Assembly: GCA_035448065.1 (NCBI GenBank)
Contig: DAOTIG010000002.1
Coordinates: 234-64,233 of the forward strand
DNA from: Dermatophilaceae bacterium
GTDB taxonomy: Bacteria > Actinomycetota > Actinomycetes > Actinomycetales > Dermatophilaceae
Direction: 5' to 3'
Length of the DNA: 64,000 nucleotides
The notes beneath the pieces were generated by a model. That model did not search any database. It had not been told where the DNA came from and worked only from the letters and a program-made list of their open reading frames with translations. This document shows, in pieces, positions 9,277-17,992 of the stretch (position 1 is the first letter of the stretch; each line of letters begins with the position of its first letter). The position numbers and the translations under genes are program-made.

Positions 9277-9906
9277 ATGAGTCCGAGGGACACCAATGCA
9301 CGCGGCCGGCTGCTCGACGCCGCCCTGCAGGTCATCCGGCAGCAGGGGTATGCCGCGACCACCGTCGACGACCTGTGCGCCGCCGCGGGGGTCACCAAGG
9401 GCGCCTTCTTCCACCACTTCGCGAGCAAGGAGGCCCTCGCCGTGGCCGCGGCCGAGCACTGGTCGGCGACGACCGGCGCGCTCTTCGCCGCCGCGGCATA
9501 CCACGACGTTGCCGATCCGCTCGAGCGCGTGCTCGCCTACCTCGACCTGCGCGCGGCCCTCGTCGACCGGGTCGACCGCGACCCGTCGCTCTACAGCTGC
9601 GTCGCAGGCACCATGGCCCAGGAGACCTTCGCCACCGCCCCTGCCATCCGGCAGGCTTGCGGCGCAAGCATTCTCGGCCACGCGCAGACTCTCGAGCCCG
9701 ACTTCGAGGCGGTGCTCGCGGCATACCCGACGGACGCCGACGTCACCGCGCGGAGCCTTGCCGTGCACACCCAGGCCGTGCTGCAGGGCGCCTTCGTCGT
9801 GAGCAAGGCCGCCGACGACCCGCAGCTCGTCCACGACGCGATCGACCACCTGCGGCGCTACCTGCGCCTGCTGTTCACCCCATCCACCGAGAGGACGGCT
9901 CGATGA
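9277..9906 (+). CDS. TetR/AcrR family transcriptional regulator
   Basis: N-terminal HTH: RGRLLDAALQVIRQQGYAATTVDDLCAAAGVTKGAFFHHFASKEAL. Confidence 0.85.
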   Translation: MSPRDTNARGRLLDAALQVIRQQGYAATTVDDLCAAAGVTKGAFFHHFASKEALAVAAAEHWSATTGALFAAAAYHDVADPLERVLAYLDLRAALVDRVDRDPSLYSCVAGTMAQETFATAPAIRQACGASILGHAQTLEPDFEAVLAAYPTDADVTARSLAVHTQAVLQGAFVVSKAADDPQLVHDAIDHLRRYLRLLFTPSTERTAR

Positions 9907-10424
9907 TCCAGCCGAAGACCTGCTTGTGGTTCGACACCCAAGCCGCGGAGGCGGCGCAGCTCTACACGAGCGTCATCCCCGGCGGCGAGATCCTCAGCAC
10001 CAGCCGCTACGGCGAGGACCTCCCCCACGGCGTGGCCGGCCAGGTGCTCACCGTCGAGTTCCGGCTCGGCGACCAGCAGTTCGTCGCGCTCAACGGCGGG
10101 CCGCACTTCACCCACAGCCCGGCCGCGTCCGTGCAGGTCTTCTGCGAGGACCAGGCCGAGGTGGACCGGATCTGGGACGCCCTCATCGCCGACGGCGGCG
10201 CTGAGTCCCAATGCGGTTGGCTCACCGACCGATTCGGCTTCTCCTGGCAGGTCATCCCGACCCGCTACCTCGAGCTGGCCGCCGACCCCGACCCCGAGGT
10301 CGCCGGCCGCGTCACCCGGGCGATGCTGCAGATGCGCAAGCTCGACATCGCCGCCCTCGAAGCCGCCGCGCTCGCCGACTCCGGCGCGGGGATGCCCTCG
10401 ACCATGGGAGCCGACCGTGCGTGA
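9903..10424 (+). CDS. VOC-family protein (PhnB-like / 3-demethylubiquinone-9 3-methyltransferase domain)
   Basis: ATGA overlap with the TetR stop. Sequence: MIQPKTCLWFDTQAAEAAQLYTSVIPGGEILSTSRYGED...QCGWLTDRFGFSWQVIP. Confidence 0.7.
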   Translation: MIQPKTCLWFDTQAAEAAQLYTSVIPGGEILSTSRYGEDLPHGVAGQVLTVEFRLGDQQFVALNGGPHFTHSPAASVQVFCEDQAEVDRIWDALIADGGAESQCGWLTDRFGFSWQVIPTRYLELAADPDPEVAGRVTRAMLQMRKLDIAALEAAALADSGAGMPSTMGADRA

Positions 10425-10959
10425 GATCGTCGCCGGCTACTTCGCCTCGGTCGACGGGGTGCTCGAGAGCCCGCACGTCTTCCAGCTCGACGCCTTCGAC
10501 GACGGCGTGGGCGCGGCCATGGACCGGGCCACCGCAGGCGTCGACACGGTGCTCATGGGTCGGGTGACCTACGACCAGTGGTCGGGCTATTGGCCCACCG
10601 CCGAGGACGAGTTCAAGGACTTCATCAACCCGGTCACCAAGCTCGTCGCGTCCCGCACCCGCACCCGCCCACTCGACTGGCAGAACAGCCGGCTCGTCGG
10701 TGGCGACCTCCTCGACACGGTCCGCGCGCTGAAGGCGACCGACGGCGGGCGGATCGCCGTGTCCGGCTCCCTCTCGATCGCCCGGCAGCTCGCCTACGCC
10801 GGGCTGCTCGACGAGCTCATCCTCGTCGTCCACCCGGCCCTGGCCGGCACCGGCCGCCGGCTCACCGAGGACGGCGACCCGCCGCTGCCGCTGCGCCTCG
10901 CCGACCACCAGGTGACCGAGAAGGGCAACGTCGTGCTCACCTACCGCCTGCGCGGCTGA
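10417..10959 (+). CDS. Dihydrofolate reductase-family (RibD C-terminal domain) protein
   Basis: GTG start. Sequence: MREIVAGYFASVDGVLESP...MGRVTYDQWSGYWPT...IAVSGSLSIARQL. Confidence 0.75.
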   Translation: MREIVAGYFASVDGVLESPHVFQLDAFDDGVGAAMDRATAGVDTVLMGRVTYDQWSGYWPTAEDEFKDFINPVTKLVASRTRTRPLDWQNSRLVGGDLLDTVRALKATDGGRIAVSGSLSIARQLAYAGLLDELILVVHPALAGTGRRLTEDGDPPLPLRLADHQVTEKGNVVLTYRLRG

Positions 10960-10987
10960 GCGGCTGACCCAGCCCCACCACCCAGAT

Positions 10988-11027
10988 CCGGTATGCCGCC
11001 CGCTCACCCGAGCGGGCGGCATACCGG
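10988..11027. terminator. Perfect 18-bp stem / 4-nt loop hairpin built from an inverted pair of the abundant CCGGTATGCCGC motif
   Basis: CCGGTATGCCGCCCGCTC-ACCC-GAGCGGGCGGCATACCGG, 29 nt after the stop at 10959. There is no U-tract. Confidence 0.55.
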
Positions 11028-11081
11028 CGCGACGGGATCGACGTCACCCTCACGCCAGGTGAGCAAGCGCTTAGTGACCGC

Positions 11082-11087
11082 TAGACT
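11082..11087 (+). promoter_or_regulatory. -10-like TAGACT placed 6 nt before the ATG at 11094 (leaderless promoter candidate)
   Basis: The context is cTAGACTccggccATG. TAnnnT plus a 6-nt spacer with no SD is the usual actinobacterial leaderless arrangement. Confidence 0.4.
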
Positions 11088-11093
11088 CCGGCC

Positions 11094-13412
11094 ATGAGCC
11101 CGCTGCAGATCGTCGCGATCGCGTTGTGCTTCACGATCCCCCTCGTCGGCTGGATCCTGCTGTTCCGTCAGGTGGCCCGGTTCTACCGGTTCTTCCAGCT
11201 CGGCCAGGCCGACCCGACCCGACGCGACGAGCCGGCCACCCGCACGATGACCCTGGCTCGCGAGTTCCTCGGGCACACCCGGATGTCGCGCCTGCCGATC
11301 GTCTCGATCGCGCACTGGTTCACCGCGCTCGGCTTCTTCCTGCTCTTCGCGACGCTCGTCAACGCCTTCTTCCAGCTCATCTGGGCGGACTTCCGGCTGC
11401 CCGTCCTAGGCCACTTCGCGCCCTTCGAGTGGCTCATCGAGCTCTTCGCCGGCGTCGGCTTCATCGCGATCTGCGTGCTCATCGTCATCCGCCAGCGCAA
11501 CCACCCGCGCTCGGCTTCCGGCGCTGACGGCCGGCGCAGCCGCTTCTTCGGCTCGGTGTGGTGGCAGGCCTACTACGTCGAGTTCACGATCTTCGTCGTG
11601 ATGCTCTGCATCATGCTGCTGCGCACCCTCGAGGCGCGGCACGTCCAGCTCACCAACCCCGGCGAGTCGCTCGTCGTGCACTTCCCGCTCTCCGGCTGGG
11701 GCGCGCAGTGGCTGTGGCAGTGGGCCGACAAGGGCACCGTCGAGCAGCTCATCTACCTCGTCGCGATGATCAAGATCCTGGTGTCCTTCGCCTGGATGAT
11801 CACCATCTCGCTGCAGCCGACGATGGGCGTCGCCTGGCACCGCTTCCTCGCGTTCTTCAACATCTGGTTCAAGCGGCACGCCGACGGGCGCACCTCGCTC
11901 GGCGAGCTGCAGCCGATGACCGTCAAGGGCGAGCCGCTCGACTTCGAGAAGGTCGACGAGCTCGACGAGGATGCCGCGCTCGGCGTCGGCAAGGTCGAGG
12001 ACTTCACGTGGAAGGGCCTGCTCGACTTCACCACGTGCACCGAGTGCGGCCGCTGCCAGAGCCAGTGCCCCGCGTGGAACACCGACAAGCCGCTGTCCCC
12101 CAAGCTCCTCGTCATGACGCTGCGCGACCACGCGCACGCCAAGGCACCCTGGCTGCAGGCCAGCGAGGCCGCCCGCGAGGCGCTGCCCGCCGAGGTCCAG
12201 GCGCTCGGCGAGGCGCCCCTGGTCGGCACGCCCAGCGGGTATGCCGCGGACGCGCCGCTCACGGCATACGCGCCGTTGGGCTCGGAAGGCGTCATCGCCG
12301 AGGACGTGCTGTGGTCGTGCACGACGTGCGGTGCGTGCGTCGAGCAGTGCCCCGTCGACATCGAGCACGTCGACGCGATCGTCGACATGCGGCGCTACCA
12401 GAACCTCATCGCGAGCGCCTTCCCGAGCGAGCTCGGGACGCTCTACAAGAACCTCGAGAAGAACGGCAACCCGTGGGGTCTGGCTCCGCGGATGCGGATG
12501 GACTGGGCCAAGGGGCTGCCCTTCGAGGTGCCGATCCTCGGTGCCGACGTCGAGGACGCCACCGAGCTCGACTACCTGCTCTGGGTCGGCTGCGCCGGCG
12601 CCTTCGAGGACCGGGCCAAGCGCACCACCCGCGCGGTCGCCGAGCTGCTGCACACGGCCGGCGTCCGGTATGCCGTCCTCGGCGACGGCGAGTCGTGCAC
12701 CGGCGACTCGGCCCGCCGCTCCGGCAACGAGTTCCTCTTCCAGATGCTCGCGATGCAGAACGTCGAAGTGCTGGGCGAGCTCAAGGTGACCAAGATCGTC
12801 GTCACCTGCGCGCACTGCTTCAACACGCTCAAGAACGAGTACCCCCAGGTCGGCGGCCACTACGAGGTCGTCCACCACACCCAGCTGCTCAACCGGCTGG
12901 TTCGCGAGCAGCGGCTCGTCCCGGTCTCCCGCCCCGGCGAGTCGGCCGGCTCCAAGGACGCCTCGACCGCGGCCACGGTCACCTATCACGACCCGTGCTA
13001 CCTCGGCCGGCACAACCACGTCTACGCCCCGCCACGCGAGCTGCTCGGTGCCCTGCCGGGCGTCGAGGTCCGCGAGATGGAGCGCTCGGAGATCCGGTCC
13101 TTCTGCTGCGGCGCCGGTGGCGCCCGGATGTGGATGGAGGAGCGGCTCGGCACCCGGATCAACGTCAACCGGACCACCGAGGCGGTCGGCACCGGCGCGG
13201 CCCGGATCGCCGTGGGCTGCCCGTTCTGCAAGGTGATGCTCAGCGACGGGGTCAACAAGCTCGTCGAGGAGGGCAAGGCCAGCGAGGGTCAGGTCGAGGT
13301 CGTCGACGTCGCGCAGATGCTGCTCGCCGCTGTCCGCCAGGGCGAGGAGGGTATGCCGCCCGGCGCCGCCGCGCAGCCCCAGCCTGACCCCGAGCCCTCC
13401 CCCGCCGGCTGA
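11094..13412 (+). CDS. Membrane-anchored (Fe-S)-binding, heterodisulfide-reductase-like oxidoreductase (Rv0338c-like)
   Basis: N-terminal TM helices. Two 4Fe-4S motifs (CTECGRCQSQCP, CTTCGACVEQCP) and CCG-domain motifs (FCCGAGG, GCPFCKVML). Confidence 0.8.
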   Translation: MSPLQIVAIALCFTIPLVGWILLFRQVARFYRFFQLGQADPTRRDEPATRTMTLAREFLGHTRMSRLPIVSIAHWFTALGFFLLFATLVNAFFQLIWADFRLPVLGHFAPFEWLIELFAGVGFIAICVLIVIRQRNHPRSASGADGRRSRFFGSVWWQAYYVEFTIFVVMLCIMLLRTLEARHVQLTNPGESLVVHFPLSGWGAQWLWQWADKGTVEQLIYLVAMIKILVSFAWMITISLQPTMGVAWHRFLAFFNIWFKRHADGRTSLGELQPMTVKGEPLDFEKVDELDEDAALGVGKVEDFTWKGLLDFTTCTECGRCQSQCPAWNTDKPLSPKLLVMTLRDHAHAKAPWLQASEAAREALPAEVQALGEAPLVGTPSGYAADAPLTAYAPLGSEGVIAEDVLWSCTTCGACVEQCPVDIEHVDAIVDMRRYQNLIASAFPSELGTLYKNLEKNGNPWGLAPRMRMDWAKGLPFEVPILGADVEDATELDYLLWVGCAGAFEDRAKRTTRAVAELLHTAGVRYAVLGDGESCTGDSARRSGNEFLFQMLAMQNVEVLGELKVTKIVVTCAHCFNTLKNEYPQVGGHYEVVHHTQLLNRLVREQRLVPVSRPGESAGSKDASTAATVTYHDPCYLGRHNHVYAPPRELLGALPGVEVREMERSEIRSFCCGAGGARMWMEERLGTRINVNRTTEAVGTGAARIAVGCPFCKVMLSDGVNKLVEEGKASEGQVEVVDVAQMLLAAVRQGEEGMPPGAAAQPQPDPEPSPAG

Positions 13413-13429
13413 CCCGAGCCGGCCGCCCT

Positions 13430-13506
13430 CCCACCGCGGGTGGGTCCCTCCGCGCGTGGAGGTATCTGCCTGGGCCCACGACGCCGCCGAATACCTCCAC
13501 CGCGCG
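13430..13506. terminator. Two hairpins between convergent genes
   Basis: CCCACCGCGGGTGGG (13430-13444). CGCGCGTGGAGGTAT (13451-13465) pairs with ATACCTCCACCGCGCG (13491-13506), with one bulge. Confidence 0.4.
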
Positions 13507-13521
13507 TGAGAGCGGCGCGGC

Positions 13522-14583
13522 CTACTCCTCCCAGCGGAACAGGCGGGCGGCGAGCAGCGAGAAGACGACGGTGAAGCCGATCAGCACGAGGGAGGGCACC
13601 AGGATCGCCGCCGGCCCCTCGCCGCGCACCATGACCGCCGACATGCCCTTGTTGAGGTGGCCCATCGGCAGGAAGTTCGAGACCGTGCGCAGCCAGTCAG
13701 GGGCGCTGTCCAACGGGATGAAGCTGCCCGAGAGGAAGGCCATCGGCATCACGACGAGGTTGGCCATGCCGGAGGCCGCCTCTTCCGTCTTGCTCACCGC
13801 GCCGACGACCAGCCCGATCGCCTGGAAGGCCAGCGAGCCGAGGATGAGCAGCGGGACAGCCGCCCACCAGGATCCGCTCAGCCGGAGCCCGAAGGCGAGC
13901 ATCCCGACGCCGAGGAAGATGACCAGCTGCAGCAGCGCGAGGATGATGGTGATGAGCGAGCGGGACAGCACGAGCGCGCTGGTGCTCACCGGCGACAGCC
14001 GCAGCCGGCGCAGCAGCCCGCTCTTGCGCCACATCACCAGGGTGAGTGCCCCGCCGAAGACGGCCCCCATCGAGACTGCCCAGGCCAGCAGCCCCGGCGT
14101 GACGTACTGGATCGCCTTGAGCGAGCGATCCTCGACCTGCTCGGCCTTGAGGGTGAGGGCCGGCGGTTGGCCCGAGATGGCGATGTTCGCGCCGTTGACG
14201 ATCGAGTCGAAGGTGCCGCGGACGATCCCGGCCTTCACCTGGTCGGCGGCCGAGTAGTAGAGAGTGACCGTGCCCCCTTGCATGGCGATGGCACCGGCCC
14301 GCTCGCCCTTGCGCACCCGGTCCATCGCCGTGCCGAGGTCGTCGACCCGGTCCAGCTCGATGACCTTGTCGATCTCGGCGCGCGCGGCCGGCGGCATCTG
14401 GTCGAAGAGCGCGACCTGCCCCACCTGGGTCACCTTGACCCGGTTGGCCGAATCGCCGCCGGTGAAGATGCCGCCGAAGAGCACGAGGAACATCAACGGG
14501 AAGAGGATGGTCCAGAAGATGAGCATCCGGTCGCGGGTGAAGGCCTTGAGCTGGGCCGCAGCCAGCGCACGGAAGCCGGTCAT
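13522..14583 (-). CDS. ABC-2 type transporter permease
   Basis: Real start is the internal ATG of the 605-aa ORF (MTGFRALAAAQLKAFTRDRMLIFWTILFPLMFLVLFGG). ATGA overlap with the upstream ATPase stop (14580-14583). Multiple TM segments. Confidence 0.75.
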   Translation of the reverse strand: MTGFRALAAAQLKAFTRDRMLIFWTILFPLMFLVLFGGIFTGGDSANRVKVTQVGQVALFDQMPPAARAEIDKVIELDRVDDLGTAMDRVRKGERAGAIAMQGGTVTLYYSAADQVKAGIVRGTFDSIVNGANIAISGQPPALTLKAEQVEDRSLKAIQYVTPGLLAWAVSMGAVFGGALTLVMWRKSGLLRRLRLSPVSTSALVLSRSLITIILALLQLVIFLGVGMLAFGLRLSGSWWAAVPLLILGSLAFQAIGLVVGAVSKTEEAASGMANLVVMPMAFLSGSFIPLDSAPDWLRTVSNFLPMGHLNKGMSAVMVRGEGPAAILVPSLVLIGFTVVFSLLAARLFRWEE

Positions 14584-15479
14584 GCGCGCAACTCCCGTCC
14601 GGTGAGGTTGAGGAAGACGTCCTCGAGGGTGGCCCCACGCACCTGCAGGCCGGTCAGCGCATCCCGCTCGGCGAGGGCGACGAGCACCGGCGCGGGATCT
14701 CGGGTGGTCATCGTCAACGACCCGTTGTCGACGCTCACCGCCTCCCCGCCGACCAGCCGCTCGGCGTCCTCGCGGCCGATCGCCGTGTCGGGCAAGGTGA
14801 TCCGGGTCGGGGCGTCGAGGCCGCGGACCAGGTTGGCCGGCGTATCGACGGCGAGGATCTTGCCGTGGTCGATGATCGCAACCCGATCGCAGAGATACTC
14901 GGCCTCGTCCATGTAGTGGGTCGTCAGCACGACCGTGCGCCCGTCGCCGTTGACGCCCTTGAGCAGATCCCAGAGGTTGCGCCGGGCTTGCGGGTCCAAG
15001 GCCGCGCTCGGCTCGTCGAGGAAGACCATCTCCGGCTCGTGCACCAGTGCCGCGGCGATCGAGAGACGTTGCTGCTGGCCGCCACTGAGCTTCTTGGTCT
15101 GATGGTTGGCGAAGTCGCCGAGCCCCACCTCCTCCAGCAGCGCACCCGCCCTGGCTCGCGGCGCGGCATACAGGTCGGCGAAGACCTCGAGCTGCTCGCG
15201 GGCGGTGAGCATCTCGAAGAAGGCCGTCGCCTGGTGCTGCACGCCGATCCGTCGCACCAGGCCGGTGTTGCGAGGCCACGGCGACTCGCCGAAGACCGAG
15301 ATCGTGCCCGAGTCCGGCTGGCGGATCCCCTCGATGCACTCCAGGGTGGTCGTCTTTCCGGCGCCGTTGGGCCCCAGCACGCCGAAGAACTCACCCGCCT
15401 CGACCTGCAGATCCAGGCCGTCGACGGCCCGGACCTCCCCGTAGTGCTTGGTCAGTCCCTGCACGTCGATCACGGACAC
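14580..15479 (-). CDS. ABC transporter ATP-binding protein (DrrA-like)
   Basis: Walker A GPNGAGKTT, signature LSGGQQQRL, Walker B VFLDEP. Confidence 0.9.
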   Translation of the reverse strand: MSVIDVQGLTKHYGEVRAVDGLDLQVEAGEFFGVLGPNGAGKTTTLECIEGIRQPDSGTISVFGESPWPRNTGLVRRIGVQHQATAFFEMLTAREQLEVFADLYAAPRARAGALLEEVGLGDFANHQTKKLSGGQQQRLSIAAALVHEPEMVFLDEPSAALDPQARRNLWDLLKGVNGDGRTVVLTTHYMDEAEYLCDRVAIIDHGKILAVDTPANLVRGLDAPTRITLPDTAIGREDAERLVGGEAVSVDNGSLTMTTRDPAPVLVALAERDALTGLQVRGATLEDVFLNLTGRELRA

Positions 15480-15622
15480 GAGCGCTCCCCTGAGTCAGCC
15501 ACGACCTTGACAGGCCGGGTGTTTCCGACGCTAGCGGAATCCGGTATGCCGCACACGGCGCGCCCGCCAGGGCCGCCTGGACCGACCGGACTCGGGCGAT
15601 GACCTCCCGCGCCGGCCCAGCG

Positions 15623-16573
15623 TCAGCCGAGGCCGACCGTGGCGAGCCACTCCTTGGCGACGACCTTGGCGTCCTTCTTGTCGACGTCGACCTGCTTGAC
15701 CAGCCCGGTCAGACCGGCCGTGTCGAGCTTGGCCGAGACCGCGTCGAGGGTGGCCTTTAGCTGGTCGGTGAGCTTGTCCTTGCGCACCAGCGGCACGACG
15801 TTGTCGGAGCCGAAGAGCAGCTTGGGGTCGGCCAGGGTGACGAAGCCGTTGGTCGAGATCGACGGGTCGGTGGAGAAGATGTTGGCCGCCTGGGCCTGGT
15901 CGCCGAGCAGCGCGTCGACGACCGCCTTGCCCTTGAGCGGCCGGAAGTCCTTGGGCACGAAGCCGTACTGCTCCTTGAGCCCGACCAGCCCCTGCTGGCG
16001 GTCCTTGAACTCCGGCGGCGCCGCGATGACCACCTCGCCCTGGTGAGCGACGAGGTCGCCGATCTGGGTGAGCGACCACTTCGCCGCGGTCGCCTTGGTG
16101 ACGACGATCGAGTTCTTGTCCTCGGCGGCGCTCTTCGCGGTGACGACGACACCGGCGGGCAGCGCCTTCTGCAGCGCGGCATACACCTCGTCCGGTGCCT
16201 TGGCCGTCGCGGTCTTGTCGAGGAAGGACAGCAGCGAGCCGGTGTACTCCGGGACGATGTCGACCGAGCCGTCCTGCAGCGCCTTGAGGTAGACCTCGCG
16301 GCTGCCGATGGCCGGCCGGGTGCCGGCCTTGACGCCCTTGGCGGTGAGCGCCTGGGCATAGATCTCGGCGAGCACCTGCGACTCGGAGAAGTCCGCCGCG
16401 CCGACGGTGAGCGTGCCGCTCGCGGCCCCCGTGCCGCCGCCGGTCGCGCCGGTCGCCGGGCTCATCGGGTTGCTGCCCGAGCCACAGGCCGCGAGGCCGA
16501 GGCCGGCGGCGCCGGCGACACCGAGCAGGACGGCTCGCCGGGACGGGCCAGAGGGGCTGGTCGAGGGGGTCAT
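15623..16573 (-). CDS. Glycine betaine/choline-type ABC substrate-binding lipoprotein (OpuAC/ProX family)
   Basis: Signal plus lipobox: RRAVLLGVAGAAGLGLAACGSGS. The body is typical of OpuAC-family binding proteins, and it is the last gene of a four-gene importer operon. Confidence 0.8.
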   Translation of the reverse strand: MTPSTSPSGPSRRAVLLGVAGAAGLGLAACGSGSNPMSPATGATGGGTGAASGTLTVGAADFSESQVLAEIYAQALTAKGVKAGTRPAIGSREVYLKALQDGSVDIVPEYTGSLLSFLDKTATAKAPDEVYAALQKALPAGVVVTAKSAAEDKNSIVVTKATAAKWSLTQIGDLVAHQGEVVIAAPPEFKDRQQGLVGLKEQYGFVPKDFRPLKGKAVVDALLGDQAQAANIFSTDPSISTNGFVTLADPKLLFGSDNVVPLVRKDKLTDQLKATLDAVSAKLDTAGLTGLVKQVDVDKKDAKVVAKEWLATVGLG

Positions 16574-17337
16574 GATGGCTCGCTTCCGTGGGAGAGCCGG
16601 CCGACGGTCGGCGCGGCGGGCATACGGCGTGCAACCCCAGACCTACCCCCACGCTTCCCGGATATGCCGCCGAGTCCGGGTGACACGGCATACCGCGTGA
16701 CGAGCGCGAGCAGGCCGTCGACGGCGAGGGCGAGCGCGGCGACGAGCAGCGCGCCGCCGGCCATCTGCGCATAGTCGCTCACCGCGAGCCCGTCGATGAG
16801 ATAGCGGCCGAGGCCCCCAAGGCTCACCGACGCGGCGATCGTCGCGGTCGCGATGACCTGCAGGGTGGCCGCGCGCACGCCGGAGAGCAGCAGCGGCAGC
16901 GCGCACGGGAGCTCGACGCCCAGCAGCACCTCGCGGGCCCGCATCCCCATCCCGTATGCCGCGTCGCGCGCCGCCGGGTCGACCGCCCGTACGCCGGACT
17001 CGGCGCCGGCGAGCAGCGGGGGCACGGCGAGCAGGACGAGGACGACGAGGCTCGGCACGACATAGGCGAAGTCGCCGCGGATCCGCGGACCGGCGAGCAT
17101 GGCGACGACGAAGAGCAGCCCGAGGCTGGGCACCGCGCGCGCCGCGTTGGCCGCGGTGACCAGCCAGCGGGCCCGGCCGGAGTGGCCGATCCACGCCCCG
17201 AGCGGCAGCGCGACGGCCGCCGCGAGGACGAGGGCGACGACGCTGTAGAGCAGGTGCTCGACGAGCCGGGTGGGGATGCCGTCGCGGCCCGACCAACTCG
17301 CCGGGTCGGTGAGCCAGGCCCAGATCGAGGTCAGCAC
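16570..17337 (-). CDS. ABC transporter permease (osmoprotectant importer)
   Basis: Multi-TM BPD_transp_1-like sequence. Four-nt overlap with the binding-protein gene. Confidence 0.8.
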   Translation of the reverse strand: MLTSIWAWLTDPASWSGRDGIPTRLVEHLLYSVVALVLAAAVALPLGAWIGHSGRARWLVTAANAARAVPSLGLLFVVAMLAGPRIRGDFAYVVPSLVVLVLLAVPPLLAGAESGVRAVDPAARDAAYGMGMRAREVLLGVELPCALPLLLSGVRAATLQVIATATIAASVSLGGLGRYLIDGLAVSDYAQMAGGALLVAALALAVDGLLALVTRYAVSPGLGGISGKRGGRSGVARRMPAAPTVGRLSHGSEPS

Positions 17338-17341
17338 GGCC

Positions 17342-17992
17342 TCACCGCCCCACCCGCAGCCACGGCGTGAGCGCTCGCTCTCCGCCGCGGATGGCCAGGT
17401 CGAAGAGCAGCGCGAGCAGCAGGCAGCCGACGATGCCGACCCCGATCTCGAGCGGGTAGTCGCGCTGATAGCCGTCGGTGAGGTAGGAGCCGAGCTGCGG
17501 ATAGCCGATGAGCGCCGAGACGCTGACGATGCTCACATTGCTCACCGCGGCGACCCGCAACCCGCTCGCGAGCACGGGCACGGCCAGCGGCAGGTCGACC
17601 GCGACGAGCCGCCCGAGCCCGCGATAGCCCATCGCGGTGGCCGCCGCCCGGGTCGCCTCAGGCACCGAGCCGAGCGCGTCGACGACGGTGCGCACGAGCA
17701 GCGCGAGGGTGTAGATCGTCATCGCGACGTAGACGTTGAGCGGGTCGAGGATCCGGGTGCCGAGCAGCAGTGGTATGAGGATGAACAGCGCGAGGCTGGG
17801 GATCGTGTAGAGCAGCCCGGAGCCGCCGACGATGAGCCCGGCCAGCCGCGGCTGCCGACGCGCGAGCCACCCGACCGGCAGCGCGATCGCCAGCCCGACG
17901 AGCAGCGGCAGGCCCGCGAGCGCGGCGTGCGACGCGGCATACCGGAGGATCTCCGGCAGGTGGTCACCGATCCACTGCATGCCCACCGCCAT
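17342..17992 (-). CDS. ABC transporter permease (osmoprotectant importer)
   Basis: MAVGMQWIGDHLPEILRYAASHAALAGLPLLVGLAIALPVGWL..., a paralogue of the downstream permease. Confidence 0.8.
   Translation of the reverse strand: MAVGMQWIGDHLPEILRYAASHAALAGLPLLVGLAIALPVGWLARRQPRLAGLIVGGSGLLYTIPSLALFILIPLLLGTRILDPLNVYVAMTIYTLALLVRTVVDALGSVPEATRAAATAMGYRGLGRLVAVDLPLAVPVLASGLRVAAVSNVSIVSVSALIGYPQLGSYLTDGYQRDYPLEIGVGIVGCLLLALLFDLAIRGGERALTPWLRVGR

Noticed and set aside
11406-13019. 537-aa minus-strand ORF and the 609-aa plus-strand alternative frame (11558..13387)
   Set aside because: Both overlap the Fe-S reductase gene. That gene has clear CxxCxxCxxxCP and CCG motifs in its own frame.
14584-15339. 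Upstream 252 codons of the 605-aa ORF 13522..15339
   Set aside because: It overlaps the ABC ATPase gene in another frame. The permease has a clean ATG at 14583 that overlaps the ATPase stop.
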